DNA from: Callorhinchus milii
Lineage: Eukaryota
Direction of reading: 5' to 3'
NCBI RefSeq assembly: GCF_018977255.1
Contig: NW_024704743.1
Coordinates: 114,826,001 to 114,890,000 of the forward strand
Length of the DNA: 64,000 nt
Below are positions 12,762 to 25,600 of the stretch, one piece after another (position 1 is the stretch's first letter; each line of letters starts with the position of its first letter). A program made the position numbers and the translations under genes. The notes beneath the pieces are model-generated. The model did no database searches. It had not been told where the DNA came from and was given only the letters and a program-made list of their open reading frames with translations.

Positions 12762-12964
12762 GTGAAGGTGCGTCCCTGCATCCGTGTGCTGACACGTACT
12801 GTGGGCCTTTGCCAGAATCTGAGCCCGAAGTAAAAGCTGTTGCGGACTTCCTTCGTAAACACAAGAAACGAATTAAAGCATATATTTCATTCCATGCATA
12901 TTCACAGATGTTGCTGTATCCATACTCCTATAAATATGCAGTCATTCCCAATTTCAAGTGTGTG
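12762..12964 (+). CDS. CPA6: CPA6 exon (about exon 9), zinc ligand His196
   Basis: tttag/gtaagt; [67 protein letters not shown]. Confidence 0.97.
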
Positions 12965-13244
12965 GTAAGTAGAACAACCAAGTTAGCCTGAGACTTTGAA
13001 CTCATTGATCATATAAGAGTCAGCCTGACAGGGTTTGCAGCACTCTTGCTACTGAGTCAGAAGTTTGTGGGTTCAGGCCCCTTGTCTGAACGTACATCCT
13101 GAAACTTTGGAATCCTCTCCCTCAATTCCTCTGCCTTGCCCCCTCATTCCCCTTTTTCAAGTCCCGCCTTAAGGCCTTCCTTTTCGATCGTGCTTACGGT
13201 CGCCTCTCATCAATCAATCATATCAATCAATTTAGACAGCACAG

Positions 13245-13400
13245 TTGTTCTGTAGAGAGAACACAGGTTCAAGTCTTCGGCAAGGCAAAACTTTAGGCAA
13301 ACTTTCATATTCTACATGCCTATTTACCTTGCAGTAATTAGGAACCTGGTTGTTAAGTTGATTGGCGGAATGCTTTCCAGGGCAATAATCCTTTCAAAAA

Positions 13401-13432
<32 letters not shown>

Positions 13433-13605
13433 ATAATAATTTGGTCAGTCAATGCACGACCATTTGTGGGGCACTGCTGTGTGCAATTGGCTGCTGCATT
13501 TTGCTCACAAAATCAGTTCACTTTACAATATATTCTGTGAAGCGCTTTGAGACTTCTCAATTACGGGATGAGGCGCTATATCAAATGCAAGAATTATTAC
13601 TATTA
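13245..13605 (+). mobile_element. tRNA-headed SINE, long form, diverged
   Basis: Degraded head, central segment, Deu-like block and atatcaaatgcaag tail. Confidence 0.8.
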
Positions 13606-14164
13606 TAAACTTTACAAGATTTCTGTTTTCATGGTCTTTAACCTGCATACAGTATTATCCACATGAAATAAGCTACAGGCAACAATCATAATCTTTTAAT
13701 TTTTGGCTTCTTACTGTCATAAGAACATTAGAAATGCTAGATGAAAAAAAGACCAAGGTCCCTCCAGTTCACCTTCTACCTCCCGGTCATCGCGTGCACA
13801 TATGTCCCGAACTGTTATTTTACCTTTTACGTTATTTTCGATACAGGTAACAGTAGCTATTAGAGACAGAAAGGTGATCTAGATTCATGCCTTCTTTGAA
13901 ATCAACGACATCCGGCTGAAACCATTTTCAGATTCTGTGACTATCCAACCTTTATCCTTGGCAATGGAGAGTTGCAGCACTGTGTGTGGTGTGTTTCAAA
14001 AGTGTCTGTCCTATGAGTATTGATTTTAAAGATCAAGACTTCTGAGTCCTCCTGAGGAGCACAATTTGCATTTGCTAAAATAAGCAGCGTCTTGGGACGT
14101 CCTTCCAATGTGAAAGGCGCTATACAAGTGTAATTTGTTGTTGTTGTAAGCGTGAAACTCATGT

Positions 14165-14495
14165 CCAGGCTGACACAGTGCTCTGAGGGCGCTGCATTGT
14201 CAGAGGTCCTGTTCTGCAGGTGAGCTTCAAGCCCACCCTGCCTCTTTAGGTGGACATTAAAGTTCCCATAGCACTGTTTGAAAAAAGAAGGGAGTTTCTC
14301 CCGGTATGCTAGCCAACAATCCACCCAGATAAAATTGGTGATGCACTTAATGGTGGAACATTGCTGTTGCATTTGTCTTTTAAATACACAATGACTACAC
14401 TTTACAACTTTATAGGAAATTCTGTGAAATATTCTGCAACATTTCAACATGTTAAGGAGCTATAACAGATGCAATTATTCTTAAGGATTATTATT
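14165..14495 (+). mobile_element. SacSINE1-like DeuSINE fragment
   Basis: aggctgacac...gctgcattgtcagaggt...gtggacattaaag...gggagtttctcccggt Deu-domain blocks. Confidence 0.75.
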
Positions 14496-14530
14496 AGAAG
14501 TAACATACTATACTTTTTGTTTTGTTTCAG

Positions 14531-14615
14531 GAATCTGCAGCATACAATGCTGTCAAAGCTCTTTATTCAGCCTATGGTATCAAATACAAACATGGACCTG
14601 CATCCAGTACTTTAT
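14531..14615 (+). CDS. CPA6: CPA6 exon (about exon 10)
   Basis: tttcag/gtaagt; ESAAYNAVKALYSAYGIKYKHGPASSTL plus 1 nt. Confidence 0.95.
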
Positions 14616-15284
14616 GTAAGTTTTTTTTTTAGATCCCAAAATCTTTGGGTTTCTCAAATTCAGTTCTCTAATATTACTTTAGAAGGACAGACCCAAACGT
14701 GGTTATCAGTTGTATAACAAATATTAACAGTATGAAATGTATGTAGCAAAAGTTATGCTGGAAAGTTGTAAGCATTTCTTTCAGTGCCAGAAAAGAGTGT
14801 GCCATATAATGTTGTACAGATACCAAGAAAGGCATTATTTCTGGGAACAGGTGGGGGTGAGGGGTTATAGTCACAACAACAACAGTAACAATTTGCCCTC
14901 CACACAGGGTAGTGTCTCAGAGCTCTTAAATTCTTCAATTTCTTCATCACTTGCAAAGTGTTAGCAATATCATGACTTACAAAAAAATTTATATGAAATT
15001 GTTAAGAGTACATTTTACAATGTTTTTCAAAAAAAACTTTTTATTTGGGGTTCAGCAAAGTTTGCATTATGTCTTGAATCAAAGTGCAGCACATCTAATA
15101 TTTGGCGGTTTAGCCAAGCAGAAGGGGAGAGCCGAGGAGTATGCTCGGAGGAGACTTTGGAATGTCGAAAATGTGCAGCAAATGAACCAGCAACTGTAAA
15201 TGAAAAAATAAGGCTAAGGTTTTGGATCCTTCATCAGAGCGCTCATTGATTTACCTGCTCTGATTTTCCAGTATAATTCTAGTC

Positions 15285-15705
15285 TGGTTTAGTCGGTAGC
15301 TTAGTTGGTCTGCATCAGAAGGCTCTGGGTTCAAGACTCCACCAAAGGACTTGGAACTCATATAGTTTTGCTGACACTCAGCTTCAGTTCTGGGGATGTA
15401 ATGCATTGTTAGACTTGCCGTCCTTCGGATGAGATGTTAAAACCGAGGCTCCATCTGCCTGTTCAGGTGTTTGTTAAAGATCCCACGAGACTAGTCGTAA
15501 AGAGAAGGGAGTTTTTCCCGGTATGCTGGTCAAAAATCTCCCTGATAAAATGGTCACTCCTTTCACATCTACGTACAAAATTGGCTGCCTCGTTCACCTA
15601 CAAAACAGAGTCACTATACTTTACAGTGAATCCTTTGAAGCACGTTTTGAGACATCCTGGTGAAGTGAAAGGTGCTATATCAAATGCAAAGATTATTATA
15701 ATTAT
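15285..15705 (+). mobile_element. SacSINE1-like DeuSINE, near full length
   Basis: tRNA-like head (tcagaagg...gggttcaag), Deu domain (ttcggatgagatgttaaaaccgagg...aaagatccc), shared tail gtgaaaggtgctatatcaaatgca. Confidence 0.8.
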
Positions 15706-15874
15706 AACCTGTATTTTTTGTTTGAAGTAACCTTAGTATTTAAGAATATTTATATGATGGCAAACCAGAATGAACATATTATTAAAAAACATTTTGCTAT
15801 GGTAACTCAGTGCATGTTAAATTCCTTCCAGTACCATTTATTAAGGTTTAATAGACTTCCCTCTTCCCTTTCAG

Positions 15875-16062
15875 ATATCAGTTCTGGTAGTTCTATTGAC
15901 TGGGCCTACAAGCATGGCATTCCCTACGCATTTGCATTTGAATTGCGAGATACTGGATATTATGGATTTTTGCTGCCAGAATCTTTAATTAAGCCAACAT
16001 GTACAGAGACCATATTAGCTGTGAAAAATATTACAAATCGTATACTGCAGAAATGTCCCTGA
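15875..16062 (+). CDS. CPA6: CPA6 last coding exon, Tyr248 (split codon) and catalytic Glu270
   Basis: tttcag acceptor; (Y)[61 protein letters not shown] then TGA. Confidence 0.97.
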
Positions 16063-16223
16063 CCATCTGTCACCCATCATTCATTTTTTTCTTATGTGCT
16101 TATGTCTATGAATGATACGTTTTTTTTACTTGAATAAGCCAAACTAAACATCATTTTATATACAGCATAATGGTCATATTATGGTACACCTTTACAGGAC
16201 ACCAGAAACAGCAGAAATGTGAC

Positions 16224-16229
16224 AATAAA
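16224..16229 (+). terminator. Candidate CPA6 polyadenylation signal AATAAA
   Basis: First AATAAA after the stop codon (about 160 nt downstream); use not demonstrated. Confidence 0.4.
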
Positions 16230-16889
16230 ATTTGTGAATATACTGCAAAAAATGGTTTGTTCAGCTGGGTATCTGACACATGCAGAAATGCATCACCATG
16301 CTTAAGAGTATCCAAACCGGACTGAGAATTCCACATGTGTATTCTTCCTACACATGGAAATTTCACTGTGTCTGGAATGGAACGTGCACTCTCTCCCTAG
16401 AGGGGTGCATTCTGCTTACCTAATTCCATGGAGTTCAACAACAACAACAAGTTGGATTTATATAGGGGGCTCAGACGCTTCACAGTGGTAGAGATGAACA
16501 TTGAGCTGGGGTGGGGTGGCAGGGTGGGGAGATGGCCATTTCGATACAGCCACATCATACATGTGTTTCACTGGGAGGAGAGAGAACACGAGGAGACAGA
16601 GAGGTAAAGGTAAAGCACAATTTTAGATTTCGGAATCAAAAAGAGAGCCCCTAACCTACTGCACCAGGAACCCTGCAACCTTCTTGTGCCACTGTTTTAA
16701 GCTGAAATTTAAAGATAAAGAGGGCTGAAGCAGAAAGATAGAGGCAGGGAGTTCCAGAGGTTGGGGGCATAATGACTGAAGTCTCAGCCACCCATGGCCA
16801 CTGAGTTTGGGATTAGCTGGACCTTGTGAAGGTTGGAAATGGGGAGACCAGTGAAGAGTGAACTGTGAAGAGTGCATTTGAGAATGCGC

Positions 16890-17150
16890 AGATTGGAAAG
16901 AGCCAAGGCTTCAGGACCCCAGAGTTTATGTGGAGGTAATGCTGGAGTTTAACCAGCTAAAACTGCATAGCTTGCCATTGATATCACTGTCTGGCAAGCT
17001 TTCTACTGTTAGTTGACTTAGAACTACCGGCTTTGGCTTACAGGGTTAACAGAAGCTGAGTGGGAAGAGTCCCTACCCCTAGTGTCCTTCCAAGTCCTGC
17101 CGATGAACTAGTCTGACTGTGCTGTCATCAGCAGTGCCCTGGAGTGCTGG
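16890..17150. repeat. Unclassified interspersed repeat, inverted copy at about 34565-34830
   Basis: Shared blocks gctggagtttaa.cagctaaa, ttggctt.cagggttaacag.agctgagtgggaaga.tccctacccc, ccaagtcctgccga. Confidence 0.8.
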
Positions 17151-17251
17151 GGACCCACCTTCTCAAGGAGAGTTATACATACACTGGAAAATACATTATG
17201 AAGTATCGGTTCTGTGTAAATTTTGTGAAATTATGGTTATTTCAGCCCAGG

Positions 17252-17315
17252 AAGTTATCTAGATCACTTCTGAACCAGATGAGTTATCCAGATCACTTCT
17301 AAATCCAGATGAGTT
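17252..17315. repeat. Tandem repeat, about 2.2 copies of a 29-30 bp unit
   Basis: agttatctagatcacttctgaaccagatg / agttatccagatcacttctaaatccagatg / agtt. Confidence 0.85.
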
Positions 17316-19012
17316 CACACTGTTGATTTTAAAATTAAAACCCAGTATGAGTAAGATTAAATACCATCAAGGTTGAGAAACTGTTGGGATCTCAACTCCC
17401 AGTGTTCAAGTCAAAAGACCAGACAATAAAGTTTTGTGGCTAAATCAGTTTATTCAAATATAAGCACAGCAAAAATACATAAAACATATACTGGAGCAGT
17501 CAGCGTGCTTTGGTTCCGCCTCTGTGTGCCTGGTTCCCTGCCGACTCTGCCGCTTTATGTCAACAACTTTTCAACTTTATACCTTTTTGTTCATCCAATC
17601 AATTATCAGGCATGTAGGCCTTTCACAACTGCGCAAAGAGTCAAGCGCGCTGTTATTTCTGTTTATCCCAAGAACCGGGCGTTTTGACTACAGAACAGCT
17701 TGTATCCTCCCAAGGCCAATGGTTGTCTTACTTCAACATTTCATATTGACCACTTCTTTTTAATCAGACAAAAACAACTTATGTTATTAACAGGTGTTGA
17801 GCAATGCTTTGAGTACAAAATGGTGTTATCCGCCATTTTGATTCATATAAACAAGATTAACAACTTAATGTTTACAATTTTATGCAGCTCTGCCTTAAAG
17901 CGTTTCAATACATATATCATATTCTAACAAAACCTTGTGTGACTCAGACTTCCATTTACTGTTTAAATAATACAGGCTCTGGTGTGCCATGAAGCACAGA
18001 TCCCAGAGAAGCACAGATCCAAAAACATTCACACTTTGTGTATGCATCAGCATATATAATGCACAGGAGAAATCAACTAACATGTGAGGTTAGCTAAGAT
18101 GTCACTTACTAACATCATGAGTGCAGCAATTTAATTTTGATTAAGATGGTGGTGGCTTTCTTGTACCTTATCCAGTTGCTCGCCGAAAGGGAAAAGACAC
18201 ACTCGGATTTTCTAACCATGTTTATAAAGCCAATATCCCAATGGACCTCGTTTCAGGGCAAACTATTCCAGAGATTATTCTGGTGTCAAACTCCAATCAG
18301 AACCGAGAACATTTTTTTAAAAAAAGGAATCCGTCCTCTTCCAGGTTCATCACTGAGGCACCAATTCCAAACAAGAAAAAACAGGCGAAACATTCCTGAG
18401 AGCACCCACTTACTGCGCAGCTTCCCCATTCCTCAGTCGACTGCATGTGGCAGAGGCGTATGCACGACAAATTTTTGTGGTCTCTGACAGTTAGCTGCAA
18501 GAGTAGAAGAAGGTCCATTGTTTTTACATTTCACTTTGACCTATCGTACACCTATAGTGCAGCTGTAAACAGAAACTGCTGACTTGTCTTTGGAGTATGG
18601 TAAATATGTGTGCACATTTAGTCACGTATGTGCATTGCTCTCTTTTCTGGTCTGTTCTTTTGAAATTGTAATCCTTCAAAAACAGTACTGGAAAACTTGC
18701 ATTTTATGAACCCCATCATGTAGTTAAATGGCAGCTGGTACATGATTTATATAAAGATGTGCTGAAAATTCTTGGATGTTTCTGGTTTTCATGAGTACGT
18801 ATTCTCTTGATGACTTCTGTCAGCCTGTATCGTCAATCAAGCGTCCACAAGGACGTCGCCTGCCTTTCTTAGCCCTGCTGCCACAAATGGCACCAATCTA
18901 TGTGCCTGTTGCTGCAATGAGGTCACGAACCTCTGCACGTCCATCACTCCAATCTTCACCAGGCTCCACTGACTCCCTGTCTCCCAACGTGTCAACTTCA
19001 AGGTCTTCAAAA

Positions 19013-19902
19013 TGTCTGTCAGACATCAAGTCCTGGATAAGAGCTAACTTTCTTCAGTTGAACGTCAACAAGATCGAGGTCTTCCTGATTGGCTCCCGTC
19101 AGCGCCTCCTCACCTCAGGCGCTGACAGCATCACCATCCATGGGATGCACACTCCACCTTACTAAGCCAGATCGGAACCTTGCCGTCTTGTTCAGCCCTC
19201 AACTATCCTTTCTACCCCGCATCTGTGCCATGACCCGCTCTGCCTTCCCCCACCTCCACAACATCACCCGGCTCAGCCACTGTCTCACACCGCAGGCCGC
19301 CGAAACCCTCATACACACATTTATAACATCCAGGCTTGACCATGCAAACTCCCTGCTTGTCGGCCTCCCCAACTCCTCCCTCCATAGGCTGCAGATCATC
19401 CAGAACTCTGCAGCCCATGTCCTCTTCCGCACCAGGCTCCGTGACCCTATCACCCCCATCCTCTCTGACTCCAATGGCTTCCCATCACAAAGAGGATACA
19501 GTTCAAGATCCTGGTTCTCACCTCAAAGCCCTCCATAGCCCTGCTGCCCCCTACCTCTGCGACCTTCTAATCCCCTACTAACCTGCTCGCTCCCTCCGCT
19601 CAGCGGGTTCCGGCCTGCTTCATGTTCCCCGCCTCGCCCGCCCCTCCATTGATGGGAGAGCCTTAAGCCACTCTGCCCCCACCCTCTGGAACTCCATCCT
19701 GCAGTCCCTTCACCTCGCCCCCTCCCTTGCCTCCTTCAAGACCCATCTCAATACTCATCTTAAAATCTACCTGTTTGACTGCACCTGTGATTACCTTCCC
19801 CTGCCCATTCTTGCTTGCTCAGTGTCTAACCCCGCCACTGGGAAGGGCTCCGAGACGTTATTCTATATTAAGTGTTTTATATCAATACAGGTTGTTGTTG
19901 TT
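19013..19902 (+). mobile_element. L2-clade LINE, 3' fragment (ORF2 C-terminus plus 3' UTR), frameshifted
   Basis: CLSDIKSWIRANFLQLNVNKIE; AETLIHTFITSRLDHANSLLVGLP...RLQIIQNSAA; (GTT)n end. Confidence 0.92.
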
Positions 19903-22084
19903 GAGGCCCTCATCAATCTCTCTGCATCAATTGTTCTTGTTCACAAGAACTTTCTGTTTTTGTCCTCACTGTGTGCAAAGCCACCACCAACATCTCCATG
20001 TCTGCCTGCAAGAACATGCAGTTCTGAGAACAGCTTCTTACAACCTGCTACAAATATCCACGTGCATAAATCTTTGTTGCCAACCTCAGCAAGGCTGCTG
20101 CCAGTTTTTCTGGTTTACTGTCCTCATATCATATCTGCCCCTTCATTTGTGGATATAGTTAACTTCCTGCATGAAAATATTCAAGCATGTTTCCCCTTTC
20201 TGAAAGGTGTTACTGACCTCTCCACTTGTAATACACTTCAAACATTCACTTACAAATACACAGTGTCTGCAGCTTACAGTAAATCCTGCGAAATGCTTTG
20301 AGACATTTCAACTATGGGATTAGGGACTATATCAGTTGCAAGGATTATTCTTACTACAGTATAGCTGTCAGGTACATTACAAATGTCTCCCAGCAATCCT
20401 CTTATTTTCCATAAAAGATGTAGAAGCTTCCTTACCAATCCCATATCTGAAAATCCTACACAGTTAGGAGTTATGGCATTTAATACCTGAATTACATATT
20501 GTAATCTAGTATGTTTTACATCCATATGGAACTTTTCACTATGGAGATAAGGCAATTGAGACGGAACTTAAAAGAGGTGTTTAAGATTCTGAAAGGATTA
20601 ATTCGGGTGGACGTTGATAGGTTGAGCCAAAAACTAGAGAGCATAAATGTAAGCTAGCCAGTAGCAGATCTAATAGGGAGTTTGTGGTGGATTTCCATAT
20701 GTAGAGGGTGGTGAGAATGTGGAACTCACAGCTGGAAGCTACAGCTCGTATCACTTGATATAATTCTGTGTAATTCTATGCAGCCATTTATTCAGACGAC
20801 ATTAAAAATATACCATTTTTGAATTGTACAAGTTATAATTTATATACTGAATTTCCAATGTAACCATAGCAATGACTGCAATTACTAATATTACCAAAGG
20901 TTATTTTCATAATAATTGTATTAAAATTCGAGAACTATTTCGTGCAGAGTTTTGCTACCAAAGTTTGTCACTTATTTATCATGAAGTATGCAACAACAGA
21001 GCTATTCAAAATATAGTTTGGATGAATTTCTTGTGGGCTGGGAACAGAAAGGTTTTCACTGTACACTTCAGTGGAAAAATTAAAGTTTGAATCCTTAGAA
21101 TGGCTATGTTTATTTCAGTTTGTAGACAGCAAATAAAGAGCATTTATCTTTTCTTCAAAATGTTTTTTGTCACATTATTATGTATTTGCCTGGCTGGAGT
21201 GAATAATTAAAATAACGGCACAGCAATCAATCAGAAGACATGGTCTTTGGTTTTGTTTTTTTCCCTCTTGACGTCAACAAAAATAGCTAAAGGTTACAGG
21301 TCACAAATTTAGCTGCTGTTTTCCTATATCAATTGTCTCGTGGCTAATAATAGATTTATGTGGAATGAAAGCCCACGCCTGCCTGTTCTAATATTCCTAC
21401 ACTCTCCAGCAATGAATATACAGTTGCTAACAGCTTCAGAAAATGGAAACAAGTATTGTTCTTTAAACAAATACATAGAAAACACTAAAGTCTTTTTGAC
21501 ATGATAAGGTTCTGCAACATATGCATGGATTATGATCAAAAAGAATTGTGTAGAAAGAAGTTGAATATCCAATGTTAAATAAACACAATCTTAGTTCCAA
21601 TATCAGTAAAAAAATACTGTATTACAAGAGACAACTGGTTGCTTGCTTAAAGGTTGCAGTAGCATTATCAATTTGAACCATAATGAAAATAAATGAGATA
21701 TAAATCAGAATTCTTCAGTCAAAATGGGTATTACCTTTTCAGCTTTACTTAATCTCAAAGTATAGATTCACATATCTCATTAAAGAGGAATTTGAAGTAA
21801 GCTAATTCCTGTTGAATGTTAATGATCAGCTGAAATCAAGTGATGTGAGGAGTAACACAGGTCTAATAATAAATAAAGTTTTTTATAATATCTATAATGT
21901 CAAAATTTCTTAAAGCGCTTTGGACAAATTATTGTCACATATGCTGATTTTGTTGTTGTTAAATGCAGCAGCCATTTGAAACACAGCAATGTAAACAGTC
22001 AATTAATCTGGATAATTGTTAGCTGGGACAATGGGGAAAAAATACTTCAATATCTTTAACATCACCTGAAGAAAAAATAATCTT

Positions 22085-22248
22085 TGAGTATGTTTATAGA
22101 GGGAATTACTGGTACCATTAACAATGCAACCAAAGAAAACAATTGGTTGTTAATAGCGTAATAAATCTTTTGCTTTGGTTGCTAATAACATAAGGGCACC
22201 TATAATTCCCACTGGACATGCAGTTACACAATTCGCATAATATACTCA
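22085..22248. repeat. Imperfect palindrome or hairpin element
   Basis: gggaatta/taattccc, gcaaccaaag/ctttggttgc and tgagtat/atactca arms. Confidence 0.7.
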
Positions 22249-23639
22249 TATTCTAAAATATATACAATAGCCAAAGAGGTTCAGGAATCAATGAAGCATC
22301 CATTGTCGGGAGACAACCCGCACACCATTCCTTTTCAGCAATAAATTGCTCTGATTTATATCTTACAAATGCCTACGTCTATTGACAGACTTTTAAGTCT
22401 TTTTGCACTGTCTTTATTTCCGCCCTTCAGATGAGACATTAAACCTCAAGGCCCTGTCTGTCTGTTCATTCACTTCATGGCTGTTTGTGGGACATTACCT
22501 AGCACAAATTGGGTGCTGCATTCGCCCCCAATATGCCCAATCACTCCACTTAACAGTACCCTGTGAAGTGCTTTCTAGTATCCTCCTGACACGAAAGGTG
22601 CCACACCAAGGATTATTATTATTACTTCTGAAATATGCAGTAAATAGATTATTTATACATTGATACAATTTGCTATTTCTGTGTTAAATGATTGGACAGA
22701 AATGAAAGTACAGGTCAGGTGAATAGAATTGTTGGTCAAAACAGTGCATTTGCATTCACTGTCAGTTACAACACTTAATTTATTCCTGACTTCAAAAGTG
22801 TTTCCTCAAACATATATTTGGCTAAATCAGTCACTGAGAGACAAGTTACAGTCATTATCATTTGTGTGTGCGTGTGTGTGTGGGTGGGGGTGGTGGTGGG
22901 GGGGTTGAGGGGTGGATGTTGTCTACATAATAGTTAAGGTGTAATACAGGGTGGGTTTTTTTGCTGGACAATGAATGGGGAATCGCATATCTTTCATCAC
23001 CTCTATATAGACTTTTAGAGGTTGCAACATCCCTTCAAGAACCACTTACGTTGATCCCTTTCTTGCAACATATGAGAGTGCTGCCTCACATGGCTGTTCG
23101 TTTCCATTATTGCCCTCAAGTTGTTTTGTGCTACTATGTCTTTGAATAAGAAGCCTTGAAACATTCAATGCCATTGTGTTTCATTCATTTTGTAGCCTGT
23201 AGGCTGAATTCTGTTTCAATAATGTGATTATGGCGTGGGTTGAATAGAAAACGCTGGATTTAAAATCTCTGCTTTATTGCAGGAAGGTCTTTCTCTCCCT
23301 TCCCCATCCCCATCTCATTACTGAAGGTCGTGATGATGTCTTTAGGGACGGACAATTCATAAGGAGCAAAGCCAATTTGTCTCAATAATTCTGTTCCCTT
23401 TAGACGAAGTGCAATCCCTCCATTGGACATGTATCCCAACCAATTTAAACGTCTGAGAAAATATTCTGCGAAGATTCTCCCCATCCACAAAAAGGTAAAT
23501 CTAATGAAACCACAGATCTGCCGAAACCTATATTCTACGTTATTCAGCCTTGAACAATAGATTTCTTTGGCATGCCATCTCCATAAATGTAGCAGGTTCC
23601 ATCCTTTAATTAGATATTAAACATCACCTTACAAGCGTA

Positions 23640-23905
23640 ATCTGTTACCTAGCATTAAGTAGGAGCTCAGTTGTTAGTTAATTTGCAGATTGCTTTCTGG
23701 GGTGTTAATCCAGCCCCCTCAAAGAAAAATTTTAATCGCTCAATCCATGACTGTTTGTGAGACACTGTTGTGCGCAATTAGCTGCCGTGTTTCGCCCACA
23801 AGGTATACAGTCAATCCACTAACTATATATTCTATGAAGCATTTTGAGACATCTCAAAGACATGATAAGGTGCTATGGCAAATGCAAGGATTATTATTGT
23901 TATTT
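23640..23905 (+). mobile_element. tRNA-headed SINE family, long form, 5'-truncated
   Basis: Central segment, Deu-like block and tail. Confidence 0.8.
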
Positions 23906-24239
23906 AATTTATTAAATAGGATTAATGGGTTATTCAAGTTAAAGTTTGTGGGAAGTTGCTAATGCAATTTAACTGCCACATTTGCCTTCAGAACAACAAC
24001 TTCAAAATAACTGACTGTGTGAAGCAGGTAAACATATTTTAGTATGATAAGGATCTATATCAAACAAATTCTTCGAACAAGTATGCATTCAGGTTGTGTC
24101 AACTATTTGTCTAGAGATGGTGTTTGCAATGACCAGTTAATGACACACAGAAATAGGAGTAATTCACTGTAAAGACTTGTGACTGCATTTATTAGGCAAA
24201 TGTGACAGCCCATTTGAGCGTGGCTAAGTCTCACAAATA

Positions 24240-24430
24240 GCCATGAAATGAATGAGCAATTTTATATGGGGGATTGTTGGCCAGGGCGCTAGGAGAAATT
24301 TCCTTCTGTTTTCGAGTAGTGTCATGGAATCTGTAACATTAACCTGATCAAGCAGATAGGACCTTGATTTATTGTCTCATTCGAAGGATGGAGCTTCCAA
24401 CAATGCAGCATAGCCCCATTGGAGTGTCAA
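24240..24430 (-). mobile_element. SacSINE1-like fragment
   Basis: Reverse complement of Deu-domain blocks (tgtctcattcgaaggatgg...caatgcagca...ggagtgtca). Confidence 0.65.
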
Positions 24431-24524
24431 CATAGTCGATGAATCCATTGTCCCAACTTTGGGGCTCGTACATCCTTCTGCACCTTCTGAAAACTTTCTG
24501 AGGCAAGAATGCTATCAACTTTCA

Positions 24525-24665
24525 ATAATAACTTTCAAAAGGGAATTGGATATATACTTGAAAAAGAAAACATGGGGAAAGAGCGGGGGAGTGGCACTAA
24601 TTGGATAGCTCTTTCAAAGAGCCGGCACAGGCACGATGGACCGAATTGCTGTAAGATTCAATGAT
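24525..24665 (+). mobile_element. CR1 3' end
   Basis: ggatagctctttcaaagagccggcacaggcacgatggaccgaat. Confidence 0.8.
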
Positions 24666-25277
24666 TTTATTAACTGAGCGATGCTGACGCACAAAAATCG
24701 TGAAAGATGTCTGACTATTTTCGACCACAGTTTTGCTTCAAGAATTTTTTTTGTCTGGGGGAGGGGAGCTATTGAATGTAGATGGGAGGAGTATGGAATG
24801 GAATGAGAAATTATCACACGGGCTGGATTTCTCCTTTAGGGTGCTAGATGATGCTGCCTAATTACAATATTTTAGCAATTTGAACAGCAAAGAGAGTGAG
24901 ATTAGACACATTGTTGGGAACAATTATGTCCTGGTTACGATGCACTTTTAATTTTTCTAAATTATAAACAAGAGCTGAAATAACAATTTACTGCAAAAAT
25001 CGCTGCACTATTAATATAATTATGTAAATATAATGGGGGAGCTGAATGAAACAATATGCTAAACTAAGTTTCCTCACCTCATGGAATGTTTTAAATCCAC
25101 CTCCAGACTGAAAGGATCCAAAGATTTCTAATGGCTGTAAGAGATACTCTATAAATAAACCAAATCGATGCTGTTTTTTTCACTAAATTCTATTTGAGTT
25201 CCTAAATGGGCTCAATTTAAGAGCTGGTCAGGTGACAGCCACAGTACTGCATACAGTTCTGGTCACCGTGACATACA

Positions 25278-25600
25278 ATACAAAATTACATTTGTATAGT
25301 GCCTTTCACGTCGGGAGGACGTCCCAAGGCGCTGGACAGTCAGGGATTTGGACTCAAGCTGGGATCGCGGAGGGTGGAGGACAGGGAGGGTAGGAGGGTG
25401 GCCGAAAGCTTGGTCGGAGAGGAGGGTTTTCAAGACAAGTCTTGAAGGAGGCAAGGGAGGGAGTGAGGAGAAGGGAATGTGGGATGGAGGTCCATAGGGA
25501 GGGGACAGCAAGGCTGAAGGCCTGGCCGCCGATGCTCGAGTGGGCCGGGCCGTGGGACGTGGAGCAGGCCAGAGCCTGCTGAGCGGAGGGAGAGTAAAGG
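25278..25600 (-). mobile_element. L2 3' fragment
   Basis: Reverse complement of the 19590-19790 region plus the shared tail. Confidence 0.85.

Larger units (their letters stand above)
4197..16062 (+). other. CPA6: Carboxypeptidase A6 gene, 3' part (8 coding exons in the window; 5' exons lie upstream)
   Basis: Eight GT-AG exons splice into one open frame with M14A motifs HARE, WRKTR, DANRN, SFHAY and FELRD, a CPA6-type C-terminus (KCP*), and ARFGEF1 immediately downstream as in human. Confidence 0.95.

Noticed and set aside
17252..17315. Direct repeats of about 30 bp resembling a CRISPR array
   Set aside because: Adjacent units without spacers, about two copies, vertebrate context, no cas genes
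19013..19902. Possible functional reverse transcriptase gene or retron-like system
   Set aside because: Frameshifted, 5'-truncated L2 fragment lacking the RT core; the other RT fragments (38878, 61540) are also broken
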